A stretch of DNA of 63,999 nucleotides, counting the filler, from Stramenopiles sp. TOSAG23-2 (Eukaryota), in the NCBI GenBank assembly GCA_900128395.1. It is 3 parts of 3 records of this genome, joined end to end, with 100 filler letters (N's around TTAATTAATTAA, not from the genome) between each part and the next. Parts side by side here need not be neighbours in the genome. Positions count along the whole stretch, not along the records: positions 1 to 23,517 come from LT649487.1; 2 more parts are not named here. The stretch is one strand, 5' to 3'. The notes under the pieces are model-generated. The model was not told where the DNA came from, searched no databases, and saw nothing but the letters and a program-made list of their open reading frames with translations. Shown here piece after piece: positions 1-10,935 of this stretch (within the stretch, counting starts at the first letter, position 1; every line of letters starts with the position of its first letter). Both the position numbers and the translations under genes were made by a program.

Positions 1-188
1 TTGCATTTTGGCCTTTTGGACGTTCACTGAACGTACGTGAACGGTGGCATCTCTGCCCATGGATAATACAGTATTTACTTTAATGTATTTTAACGAAGAT
101 ATATGCAAACATAATATACGTACATATATATATATATATACCAGAACGAACATTGTAATTTCGGAAGAAAGATAATATAACAATAACA

Positions 189-228
<40 letters not shown>

Positions 229-229
229 G

Positions 230-1567
230 ATGATGAAACAACCTTTTCAAAAATTAAACAATAGTTTGGAATTGAATGAAGTTGAGTTGAATAATTCAAT
301 ATCACCAAAATCATCACCAACTAATAATATCGGCATCACTAGTAACAGTCCTAGCAATAATATCGATAGTAATCAAGTGCCTTTATCAAGTAGCAATAAC
401 AATAATACATATAAGAAACAAGGTTGGTTTCCATCAAAATATATTTTACGAGGTTTAATTGTATTTATACCATGTTTCTTATTAATTGCATTTATTGTTA
501 TTTTGGGAGCAATCCATTTCAATACGAAAGTAACTTCCACATCAAAATTTTTACCATTACCAACAGAAGAAACAACAATAACAAAATTAACATTTGGTTC
601 GTGTGCCATGCAATATTTACCTCAGCCTTTTTGGGATACTTTGCATGATCCAATTGGGGTGGGGAATTTCTTTATATTTGGTGGCGATAATGTATATGGC
701 GATAGTATCAAACAACATGAATGGGGTACAGCATGCGAGGATGAAAATTGTGTAAATTTGAATAATGCATACAACGAGCTGGATTCAAAACCATCTTTTA
801 TTGGTTTTAGACAATTGCATCCCATTTTACCAATTTGGGACGATCATGATTTTGGATATAATGATGGTGGTGGTAGTTTTATATATAAAGATATTACATT
901 AAGAAAATTTAAATCATTCTTTGATATTCAAGAGAATGATCCAAGGTATACTCGTAAAGGTTTATATGGTAATTGGTTGTATGGGGATGCATCTAAAAAT
1001 CGTTTATTGCATTTAATTGTATTGGATTTACGATATTACAAGAGTGATTGGGTATTACGCGATCCAAAAAAAGAATATCCAACTGCTGGGCGCTATATAA
1101 ATACAACAGATCCATCGAAAACCATGCTAGGCACCGAGCAATGGCTATGGTTGGAAAAGAATTTATTATCCGTGGATGCAAATGTTTGTGTAATCGTAAG
1201 CTCACTCCAATTTTTATCAGTAGCAACTGCATGGGAGGCATGGAGCCGATTTCCTTTGGAACGGTTGCGTCTGTTGAAATTATTGGATCAATCGAAATGC
1301 AAACAAGTTATATTTTTGACAGGTGATCGACATGTTGGTGGTATCTATAAATATGGAAAGTATTATGAATTAACCTCCAGTTCATTAACGCATACGGTGA
1401 CATATTCAGTTGAAAAGGATAATTTACGTTTGTTTCCATTAGTACATGTAAATAATGTCGCTTCAGTAGTATTTGATTGGAATGCTAATCGTGTTATCTT
1501 AAATTTACATAGTACAGAAGGTAGGCAAGCTGGTGAAATTTTACAATCGTACAATATAACATTTTAA
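230..1567 (+). CDS. phoD: PhoD-like alkaline phosphatase D with N-terminal membrane anchor
   Basis: FGSC, GDNVYGD, WDDHD, LDLRY, MLGTEQWLWLE, WEAW and TGDRH motifs; one hydrophobic helix near aa 72-96. Confidence 0.9.
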   Translation: MMKQPFQKLNNSLELNEVELNNSISPKSSPTNNIGITSNSPSNNIDSNQVPLSSSNNNNTYKKQGWFPSKYILRGLIVFIPCFLLIAFIVILGAIHFNTKVTSTSKFLPLPTEETTITKLTFGSCAMQYLPQPFWDTLHDPIGVGNFFIFGGDNVYGDSIKQHEWGTACEDENCVNLNNAYNELDSKPSFIGFRQLHPILPIWDDHDFGYNDGGGSFIYKDITLRKFKSFFDIQENDPRYTRKGLYGNWLYGDASKNRLLHLIVLDLRYYKSDWVLRDPKKEYPTAGRYINTTDPSKTMLGTEQWLWLEKNLLSVDANVCVIVSSLQFLSVATAWEAWSRFPLERLRLLKLLDQSKCKQVIFLTGDRHVGGIYKYGKYYELTSSSLTHTVTYSVEKDNLRLFPLVHVNNVASVVFDWNANRVILNLHSTEGRQAGEILQSYNITF

Positions 1568-1868
1568 ATTATAATTATCTCAAAGTAAAAAATAAAATTT
1601 TAAAATAAAATATGGCAGTTTAATCAAAATTATTTAAAATATATTTTTAATAATTTTAATATTTTATACGAAAGCCAGTGTAATATTAAAATATTTATAT
1701 CGAAGCGGTTCGTAATATATCATAGATAGTGTTCTTTTTTTAAATAACTCGCGATTACATGTGTGTGTTTTTATTAAAAAAAAGTGCGAGCGCTTCATGT
1801 TCATTTTACGATTAACTCTCTCTATTTCGTACGTATTAATATACGATGTTTCGTTAATTTTATTTTTC

Positions 1869-2707
1869 TTATGGAATAAGAAAAAGGTTACTTTCTTCTA
1901 CCACTTGATCATATCTTTCTAGAGTTAAAAATCCTTTCTCTTTTTCCCATTGCTTTCTATCAAATTTTACGGCATTAATATCATCATCGTCGTCGGAATC
2001 ATCTGATCCATTAACAAAATTAGCATCATCATTATGATTTCTGCCGTCTCTATTATTTTGCTTGTCGGTTCCATTGCTATCATCAATATTTGTACGATCA
2101 ACATACCCTAAAAGATCAACAATTTCATTTGTTTGCTCTATTAATACTTCTTTACAATTTTCTATTGACAAAATCTTTTCGCTAAAACCATTCGAATTGT
2201 GCAAAATTTGATGAAACGTACCTACAATCTGATCTGTATCTTCGATGATTTCTTTCATGATTATTCTCTCGAGTATAATTCGTCATTATTTGTATCTTTG
2301 AAAAATGTATAGGATGGACGACGATCTTCATCTGCAATATATTCGTTCTTATTATCATGATTATTTGATTTATCTGTTTTACCAGCACCATTTACATCAT
2401 TATGATAGTCATAGAATTTCATTATAACATCTTTTTTGTGAAATAAAGAAGTAGTATCATTATTATGTTTCACGCTTGGATATTGTTTTGAAAACATACA
2501 TCGTGTCCGCTCCTTTGTCTCATCATATTTGTCAGTCAATGCAATTTCAATATTTGTTGGATCATTAGATGCCTTTGTAACAATTTCAAATAGATTTTGA
2601 TTCTGATCTTCCCATACTTCACCCGTTTTACATGTATTTAAAAATTCGTCATACGTTTTTTTCTTTTGATTACCAAGCATACGTACGTTTTTTTCTTCAC
2701 ACGACAT
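1869..2707 (-). CDS. hypothetical protein split into two ORFs by a probable 1-nt deletion near 2263
   Basis: ORFs 2261-2707 and 1869-2258 are 2 nt apart (GAA TAA TC ATG); one extra A gives ..SRE-I-I-MKE..; no family recognised. Confidence 0.45.
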
Positions 2708-3427
2708 GGTGGATTTGTCGATATTATTGATGTTTTGATCTTTTTCTTGTATTGTATATATATGTATATCTGTATTTTTTTCAGTATTAGTATTGTTCTC
2801 TATGATGTTATCTATATATATATATATATACGTGTGTGTGAGTAATCGTCTGCGTCTTGTATAAATGTATATGTTGTTCTATTTTTACTTTATTGAATGA
2901 TTTTGATTCTTGGCCATTTCTCCGCAGAGATGTGTTCGGTATATATATGCCACATCATATAATACATAAAGTCAATTAATAGTAGTCGTCTGCGTCGTCA
3001 GACGACACTCTCTTACTTTCGAAAGAAAGTATAATCCCTTAAATATGATAATGTATTAATACCTTAAACTGATACATCATCTCTCCATTTGCAGCAAAAC
3101 CTTGGCGACATTATTATAAATTTTATTATATTATTGCACACTTTTTTTTTCACCAAATAATCACACGCGCATCAATAATATATGTATATAAAATAGATCT
3201 AATATATATGTGATGTGCATATTATAGATATATAATTTCAATAATGGATAGATAGATATTATATGAAAGAACAAAAATAAATTTCATACCATTTTCTTCA
3301 TTTTACACAAAAAACACACATATATAACCATATAGATACAGTTTTATATATTTAGAAATAATATATAGTTGCATTAAGATATACACAATTGAATAAAAAG
3401 AATAATTAAACATCCAATATAATAATA

Positions 3428-4174
3428 ATGCCAACAAAAGCACGTTCTGTAAGCAAAAAAACATCATCTTCACCGAAGACTACCAATACCAAGAAACCAA
3501 CGGGAAAAAACGCTAAGTCGCATCCACGATCTTATTTGGATGTCTTATTATATGTGCCAAATTTAATTGGTTATGCTCGTGTTATATTGACAGGAGTCTT
3601 CTTTTATTATGCATTTGAACAAGAAAATTATTTATTTGCTATAACTAGTTACGTTGCATCTTTTTCTTTGGATTTTTTCGATGGATATTTTGCTCGGCTA
3701 TTGAATCAATGTTCAAAGTTTGGCCAAGTATTAGATATGGTTACAGATCGTGTATCGACTGCTATTTTACTAGTTGTATTGTCAATGTTACAACCAGAGC
3801 GAAGTCGTATCTATTCATTTCTATTGGCATTAGATTTCTCTTCTCATTGGTTTCATATGAAAAGTGCTGGTTCCGGTCATCATAAAAAAGTGGATGAAAA
3901 TCGTAATATTATTTTGCGTTTATATTATGCAACATATGTTGTATTTGGATATTGTTGCGTAAGTGCGGAATTTACATATATTGTATTGTACGCATTGCAT
4001 TACGAGCCGAACTTAATGTTTCCAATACTTGGAATTTCATTTCAAAATATTTTAACATATTGTTTAATACCAGGATGTGTTGTTAAAAATATTGTAAATG
4101 TTGCACAATTATGGAGTGCAATGTGTACTATTGCAGCAGAGGATGCAAACGAACATAATAATAAGAAGAAATAA
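3428..4174 (+). CDS. PIS1: phosphatidylinositol synthase (CDP-alcohol phosphatidyltransferase)
   Basis: YVPNLIGYAR and DFFDGYFARLLNQCSKFGQVLDMVTDR signature; DFSSHW. Confidence 0.93.
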   Translation: MPTKARSVSKKTSSSPKTTNTKKPTGKNAKSHPRSYLDVLLYVPNLIGYARVILTGVFFYYAFEQENYLFAITSYVASFSLDFFDGYFARLLNQCSKFGQVLDMVTDRVSTAILLVVLSMLQPERSRIYSFLLALDFSSHWFHMKSAGSGHHKKVDENRNIILRLYYATYVVFGYCCVSAEFTYIVLYALHYEPNLMFPILGISFQNILTYCLIPGCVVKNIVNVAQLWSAMCTIAAEDANEHNNKKK

Positions 4175-4673
4175 AAATATAAAAAAAGGACTATAGCGTA
4201 AGCGTGCTATAGCGGCATATTATAATTGGAAGCAATAACATATTTCTCACTAAACTAAAAGATGGACAATGAATCGTAAAATATTGCCGATATACGCGAA
4301 TATATTTTACGAAAAAATATAATTTAATATTTATGCTTTATATATATTAATATATCATACGCACAAATAATTTACTTTTTATAAAAAAATTTACTCATGA
4401 TAATTCCTATGATACTCTTCAGATACGAGTCGTACGAGTAGAATAATGTGTACACAATAACTGGAGGCAATAAACATCTCTCTCTCACACTAAACTGAAA
4501 GATGGGCAATGTGAATCGTATTATTGCGATAGAGTTCATCGAAATCCACATCATATACTTCGTATAAAATTATTTTACCGTACGTACATATGAAAACCTC
4601 TCAAAATATCCTCATTCAATTGCACTTCATCCACACACACACACACACACACACATATACGACCAATATCATA

Positions 4674-5630
4674 TTACCATGGAATTTCTAAACCATCTTC
4701 ACAATTAATAAATTTACCATTGTTTTCTTTTGTCAAGATATTGATTTCATGCAATACACGTTTACATGCAATGTCGCTTGTAACTGCACCTTCAATATCC
4801 CATATCTCCGCATATTTTCTTGTCATATCTGTACGAATGAAACCTGGATGAAGTATTATCGTGGTAATACCTTTATCTTTCAATTCATTCGCTACTAATT
4901 TACCAGCCATATTTGCTGCTGATTTAGACATATGATGCCCATAATCACCACCATTTGGACATTGTGTATCACGCCAACCAACTGAACCACCTTGAGATGT
5001 AATCATAGCAATTTTCGATCCTTGCTTTAAATTACCTGCATTGTAAATTGCATTCGTTACACGTAACATACCTACTGCACAAATATCAATCATTTTCATT
5101 TCCTCGCTGAAATCCATTGTACCATCTAAAATACTTTCACGTTCTTTCATGAAATATCCAGCATTGTTGATTAAAATATCGACATTTACACCTTTTAATC
5201 CTTTTACTAATGTTTTCATATTATCGTCAATAGTCACATCTACCCCTTCAATAATTTTGTATGGTTTAGTAGCTTTTAAATCAGCGCTTGCTTTACGACA
5301 CGCAGCAATTACCTCTGCACCATTTGCAATTGCTTCTTTTACAAGAGCTAGGCCCAAACCTCGATTTGTACCAGTAATCACGATATATTTCCCTTCCAAA
5401 TCTAAGCCGTTAAAATGTTGTTCGATATTTAATGCACGTGTATCCGATGTAGCTTTTTGATGTGCGAATCTAGCTACTTGATCAGCCATAGAATAATTAT
5501 TAGAATCATTTTTTTTATTATTATTTATCAAACTATATACCATGGCACCAGCAGCTGCACTAACTGCCATTAATAATAAAGAAGATGACGATGCAGATGT
5601 ATTAGACATTTTTAAAAACGCTTTTGACAT
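4674..5630 (-). CDS. short-chain dehydrogenase/reductase (CsgA-like) with N-terminal hydrophobic leader
   Basis: ITGTNRGLG, LINNAG, HPGFIRTDM; the YxxxK position reads HHMSK. Confidence 0.85.
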   Translation of the reverse strand: MSKAFLKMSNTSASSSSLLLMAVSAAAGAMVYSLINNNKKNDSNNYSMADQVARFAHQKATSDTRALNIEQHFNGLDLEGKYIVITGTNRGLGLALVKEAIANGAEVIAACRKASADLKATKPYKIIEGVDVTIDDNMKTLVKGLKGVNVDILINNAGYFMKERESILDGTMDFSEEMKMIDICAVGMLRVTNAIYNAGNLKQGSKIAMITSQGGSVGWRDTQCPNGGDYGHHMSKSAANMAGKLVANELKDKGITTIILHPGFIRTDMTRKYAEIWDIEGAVTSDIACKRVLHEINILTKENNGKFINCEDGLEIPW

Positions 5631-5998
5631 ATATTTTTATTTCTATTTAGATAAGAATTGGTTCTTTTAATTATAATTAACAATGAACTAATTGTTTTGA
5701 TATTTATAATATATATAAGATGATATTGTACTTTTTATAATTTACATTTACACTTGTATGTATTATATGGTATATAGTTCTTCTATAGCTCACCTTTTAC
5801 TTCGAAAATACATACATTCCTATATAGGATAGAAATAATAAAATAGCAGGTTCACAGCACTGATAATATTGAAATCGATCATCGAATAATAATAATAATA
5901 AATAAGTTGGTTTTATGTTGAAGATAGAATTGTGGTAAGCTGGTATGAGCTATTATACTCGTATTTATTATAATCAAACAAAAATGTTTAAAAAAAAT

Positions 5999-6661
5999 TT
6001 ATAAATTACTATTGGACATTGTATCATTATCATTTTGTAACTCAACTATAATTTCATTCGTTCGTAAAAATGGTATCGTAAATGGGGGATTGTATCGAGC
6101 CAGTTGCCAAGTTCCCGTGTGATATCCTTTTGATTTTAAAGTAGAAATGAATTGTGTGGCTTTTTCTTCACCTTGTTTTTCATTTATATTCCACGTAAAT
6201 TGTATTACAGCACATTTACGTTTTGGTATTTCACGTAATTTTACATTTTTATTTGTAGGGACAGGTGCAGATTCAATCGTTTTATATTCTTTTGGCAATA
6301 CAAATGCCATCATCATGCCATTTGAACTACTATTATTTAATACGGGTGCAGTCATATTAATTTTTTGATTTATTACAGGAGCTGTCATTGCAATTTTTTG
6401 ATTAATGACCGGTGCAGTCATTGCTATCTTCGCACCATTTTTATTTTCTTTACCACTCCCAGCATGAATACGATTTTCTGGTGTACCAAAAACACCAATA
6501 TATCTAGCTAATGTACGAAAACCATTATTACCTTGATCAATCGTTTCAGCAACTACACATGGTTCATAATCTCTTATTTCAAATGTATCTTCTTTTTTAA
6601 CAAGTTGAAATGGCATTTGTTCAACGTCAATTGCTCCTCCTATCATCCTAAAAAATTCCAT
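5999..6661 (-). CDS. SOUL heme-binding protein
   Basis: FEIRDY, GFRTLARYIG, KIAMTAPV-like unit x3, MAFVLP, LARYNPPFTIPFLRTNEI; likely start MEFFRM at 6661. Confidence 0.9.
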   Translation of the reverse strand: MEFFRMIGGAIDVEQMPFQLVKKEDTFEIRDYEPCVVAETIDQGNNGFRTLARYIGVFGTPENRIHAGSGKENKNGAKIAMTAPVINQKIAMTAPVINQKINMTAPVLNNSSSNGMMMAFVLPKEYKTIESAPVPTNKNVKLREIPKRKCAVIQFTWNINEKQGEEKATQFISTLKSKGYHTGTWQLARYNPPFTIPFLRTNEIIVELQNDNDTMSNSNL

Positions 6662-7081
6662 TTTAAATGATTGATTTGGTGGTGGTGGTGTATAGCGTTT
6701 TAATTGGTTTATTAATAATATATTAATATTGAAATGTTTTTTGAGTGAAGACGTTTTATTAATGAGGTTAATATTATGTATTAATATTGAAATGTTTTTT
6801 TCTTTTGGTTTTTGTTTTTGTTTCTTATTATCTGTTTGATGTTCATCATGGGTAGACCTAGGCGAGTAAGGATATATTATATGTGTTATCTTCTTATGAC
6901 TCAATAAGTACATCGAAGTTCGATTTTCTTTTAATCGATGATGTGATGGTGCTACAATGGTATTTCCATGGTTTAAAAGGAATAGATTATAAATATCAAG
7001 AAATCACAATTTTTACTTAGATGTGAATATTATTGAGATTGCAATATCTTACATCCTTTCCTTGTGAAGGATTACACGTCA

Positions 7082-7155
7082 GTTTTCTTGGTCTAGTTGG
7101 TTATGACGACCGCCTAACACGCGGTAGGTCGTGGGTTCGATTCCCACAGAAAACT
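7082..7155 (+). tRNA. tRNA-Val(AAC)
   Basis: Acceptor GTTTTCT/AGAAAAC; D arm GTC-TAGTTGGTTAT-GAC; anticodon arm ACCGC-CTAACAC-GCGGT; T arm GTGGG-TTCGATT-CCCAC; T8 Pol III terminator follows. Confidence 0.93.
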
Positions 7156-7885
7156 CTTTTTTTTGTCCTTCTTTCTCTCTTCTTCTTCTTCTCCTTCTTC
7201 TCGTCCTCTCGGCGTTGTTTTTTTCCCCTTCCTTCTTTTTTTTTTTCCCCTTCTTCCCCCGTGTTTCCCCCGTGTTTTTTTTTTCCCCCTCTTTATCCGT
7301 TTCGTTGTTTGCCGTTTGCTTGTTCTGCTTCTCCTTTCTTCTGCTTCTTGTTTCTTTCCTCTGCTTCTCCTTTCTTCTAGTTCTTGTTTCTTTCCTCTGC
7401 TGTTCCTCTTCTTCTCCCTGTTTCATTTTTCTCTCTGCCTCTTCCTTTTGCTGCTCTTCTTGTTTTGTGTGGCGCTCTTTTGCCTGTTTTGCTTTTGCCT
7501 TTCCTGTTTTTCTTTTTTTTTGCTTCTGCTCCTTTTGTGTCCTTGCCTTGCTCCGTTGTTTGCCTCTCTCGCCTCGTTCTTCTTCCCGTCCTAGTTGCCG
7601 CTGCTGCTGCTCTCTCTCTTTCTCTCTCTTTCTCTCTCTTTCTCTCTCCTCTTTTTGCTTTTGCCTCCGGTTGTTCTGTTTTGGTTCCTCCCCTTGTTCT
7701 TCTGTGGTTGGTCTTTGCTTGGTGTTTTGTGTCTTTTTTCCCGTTTTGCGTTTGCTTCTTGCCTTTCTTGCTCTTTGCTCGGCTCTGGCTTGTTTTCCCG
7801 CGTTGCTTGTCTTCTCTTGGTCTCTTTGCGGCCTTTTTCTCCTTGGTCCCTTCGCTCCTTTTTGTCCGCCTGCCTGCTTTTGTCC
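7154..7885. other. adenine-depleted T/C-rich tract (4 A in 732 nt)
   Basis: A only at 7295, 7379, 7425 and 7593. Confidence 0.95.
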
Positions 7886-8727
7886 ATTCGCCAGTTTCCC
7901 CTTTCAAGGTTTTCCGCCGCAGACGCAACCCGACTCGCTCGAACCCTACTTTCAACTACCTCCCAGGAATTTTCCCCGTAATTAAGGTTAAATATTAACC
8001 TTAACCACCCCAGGAAAGAAAGATCTTCTTTAAGGATTTGCCGCGAACCTTTAATTCATTTAAGGGTTTTCTGCCGCGCAGGAACTCTCCTCGAACCCTA
8101 CTTTAAACAACAACGGCCCCTTTTTGCAGTGCTGCAAGTTGGACAATCAAATCAAAAAGAAACCACAGATAAGATTATACCAGCTATAGCATTTTGTTGT
8201 GCAATGTTACGTGCCATATAGGAGGAATAGTTCCATCTGCTAACGCATTGGCAATTACATCCTCCACTCCCACCACTCTGTGTCTCCCAGCATGGGTATC
8301 ACCTTGTGGATTACGTCGGAGGTATTGTCGTCTCCTATTGCTTAATTCCCCTGCCACTTGAGCCATGTGGTATTGTAAAGTTACCAAGCTTACCCCATGT
8401 AGGGACTGGCAAGAATTATGTTAAAAACTATTTGAGCATGAAAAAATTAAATTTAATGCAATATCAATATTTAATGCTTTATTATTTAATATCGTTTGAT
8501 CTTTAACCTAATTTCTTTATATCAATATAAAAAATTGCTCTGTATTGTTGCATAAACACACAAAAACAGGATTCAAAACCTTTTATTGCAGAATTGGTAA
8601 ATTTGACTGATGATTATGATGATTTTCATCATGTTGCAGCAGAAACGAAAACTGTCTCAACAGTATATTTTATAGTTTTTAAACCGGTAGAGTTAATGGC
8701 CGACCACCAACTCACCTAGAGAATGAA

Positions 8728-9288
8728 ATGAGGGAGCAGCAAAAAAATATTGAAAAGAATATTAAAGTAGTCACAAACCATGATGTAGAGGCTGAGAAAA
8801 AAATGAATGAAATATTAGCAGATAAAAATAATATTTTCGTAGGAAAAGCAAAGAAAATTTACAAAAAGAAAGGTAATAAACATTCATATGATTTTTTAAC
8901 CAAAGAACAAAAAAAATACAACAAGCCATGTAATTACTGTATCATTGTGAAAAGATATTTGCATGTTGACAGTGATTCTGATGATGATTGTAGTAGTCGC
9001 AAAAAAAAATCTAACGTTGTTGATGATGCTTGGTGCATTACATCTGAAGAAGATGATGATGATGATAAAGATTTTGGAATCAGCAAAAGATATCTTGAAG
9101 AGTTCAAACTTTTGGAACTGAATATATCAGCAATAAAAAAGGCATTAAACAGTGTATCTAATTTCAGTGTTGGAATGAACGATGAGTTGCCACGTCTTGT
9201 ACGTTCAGGTAATAATATATTTGAACAAACCGTTATCAAGGAGGTAACAAAAATTTTAAATTTACAAATTGAGAGAGGTTGGCAATAA
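8728..9288 (+). CDS. hypothetical protein, possibly a relic of a mobile element
   Basis: 186-aa ORF with CxxC; no family recognised. Confidence 0.3.
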   Translation: MREQQKNIEKNIKVVTNHDVEAEKKMNEILADKNNIFVGKAKKIYKKKGNKHSYDFLTKEQKKYNKPCNYCIIVKRYLHVDSDSDDDCSSRKKKSNVVDDAWCITSEEDDDDDKDFGISKRYLEEFKLLELNISAIKKALNSVSNFSVGMNDELPRLVRSGNNIFEQTVIKEVTKILNLQIERGWQ

Positions 9289-9675
9289 TATATCAAATTG
9301 TGAATCTAAAAATGGGATGTTGACAGGGTGTTTTTATGTGCCATCCTGGCCATGGCCAGCAGCGGTAATACATGAACGTAATTTTAGAGTTATATTTTAA
9401 GGTTTTACCGTTTTAAGTTACCAAACTGACTATTTAGAGTCGGATAGGAATAATAATATCCGATAATTAATAATTATATAATAATTTCAGTAAGTTTATT
9501 TGATGATTATTTTTAGATGATGAAAATTCCTGACATGTTATTGATTTTTTTAAGATGGCATCATCGCCATCACATCGCCATCATTTAAAACTCTGCCTAA
9601 TAAGTGCCTAAATAATATAATTTCTGTAACAGAAAATAGACCGCTCAATAATTAATTAAAATTTCAAATTCAAAA

Positions 9676-10935
9676 TCAAGCACGGCATAAAAAACATGGT
9701 GCATCTTCTCCACCATTAAATATTAGTTTAAAACTAGTTCGAGGTTGTTTCTTCTTTGCTTTACCTTTGTAAAATGCTTCCAATGGGGCTGGTAACCAAA
9801 ATTGATACGATTCATCTGCTGATTTGCCAAATCCAAAGCCACATACTTGAGTTCCTTCGTCAGTTATTATTTCACTAATTGGATCACGTTTCACAGTATG
9901 AAATTCTTTCAAAAATGAAGTAAGATTATTATTAACATGTTTATTTACTAATGGTGTGATTTCAGTATTTGGCATAACAGAATTTGGTGGACCTGTATTT
10001 ATCCATATGTTTACAAGAAAAGTTACTCTGACATATTTTTTCTTATCATTACTATTCTTTCCTGGATGAAATCCATCCAATGGATCCCCATTGTCATTTA
10101 CTAATTCCGCTGGAACTCCATGTAAATAATGCCCTTTAAATGCCATATGTTTCCCAATTTTAGGAAAGGATACATAGCCTTCCTTTATTTGAAGATCGTC
10201 ATCAATATCTTCAGTATCATTTCTATTTTTTTTAGCCAAGCTTTTTGGAAATCGATCTTCCACCTCAAATGGTGAAAGTGGAACAGCAACAGTAGGTGCA
10301 CCTTTATCGCATAGATAGGATACAGTTGAAAGCCAAGGTAATTTATTTCGCCTTGTCACTAAAGATGATTTATTTTTATTATTATTATCATCATCATCAT
10401 CATTTTCATAATTTTCATCCCAGTGAAAGCCTAACGAAGTGCCTTTTGATTCCTCTGGACCTCTAACTTGTACCCACCATTCAACACCACTTTTTGTATG
10501 ATCAATTTTTAATTTTTTTACATTGCCAATGTTTAAAGCTGATGATTTTTTCTTTTTCTTTTTCTTTTTTTTCTTTTTATTGTTATCAATTAATATTTTA
10601 CCCTCATATTTATCAACATCATTACCATCTATCATAACGTAATCTTTACCATTTGTATGGAATTTAAATAATTCAGATGCAATAGCTTCGAGGGTACAAG
10701 TTGGTGGAGAAACGTCATCACTACTACGCCAATAACTCTTTTGCATTGATTGCATATTTCTAGCCTCTTGTATTAATTTTTCAAGATATGGTACATTATT
10801 TTTTACATCAAGTAAATCGTCATATGCGATAAAACTTGGTGGAACTTCTGGTGCAACAAATACTGGTTTCAATTGCGTTCCTTCAGCGTTTGCATCATTG
10901 TTATTTACTATATCGCTTGTTATTATAGCAGCCAT
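9676..10935 (-). CDS. hypothetical protein, probable 2OG-Fe(II) oxygenase-like fold
   Basis: GVEWWVQVR, FHWD (HxD), STVSYL..GAPT, distal LHGV, RVTFLVNIW. Confidence 0.6.
   Translation of the reverse strand: MAAIITSDIVNNNDANAEGTQLKPVFVAPEVPPSFIAYDDLLDVKNNVPYLEKLIQEARNMQSMQKSYWRSSDDVSPPTCTLEAIASELFKFHTNGKDYVMIDGNDVDKYEGKILIDNNKKKKKKKKKKKSSALNIGNVKKLKIDHTKSGVEWWVQVRGPEESKGTSLGFHWDENYENDDDDDNNNKNKSSLVTRRNKLPWLSTVSYLCDKGAPTVAVPLSPFEVEDRFPKSLAKKNRNDTEDIDDDLQIKEGYVSFPKIGKHMAFKGHYLHGVPAELVNDNGDPLDGFHPGKNSNDKKKYVRVTFLVNIWINTGPPNSVMPNTEITPLVNKHVNNNLTSFLKEFHTVKRDPISEIITDEGTQVCGFGFGKSADESYQFWLPAPLEAFYKGKAKKKQPRTSFKLIFNGGEDAPCFLCRA

Noticed and set aside
90-320. Poly-Tyr ORF and the many short antisense ORFs in the track
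   Set aside because: Derived from (TAA)n microsatellites or shadows of real genes on the opposite strand
2256-2266. Operon-like coupling or Euplotes-type programmed frameshift
   Set aside because: No AAA-TAR motif; a 1-nt deletion explains it, and most long genes are uninterrupted
4388-4520. SECIS element
   Set aside because: No in-frame TGA in the adjacent genes and no convincing SECIS stem seen
7033-7998. Multiple long overlapping ORFs (Phe/Leu/Ser-rich and Lys/Arg-rich)
   Set aside because: Lack of A on one strand (T on the other) removes stop codons in all frames; some also overlap the tRNA
7982-8004. CRESS virus replication origin
   Set aside because: Loop does not match the NANTATTAC nonamer and there is no Rep ORF
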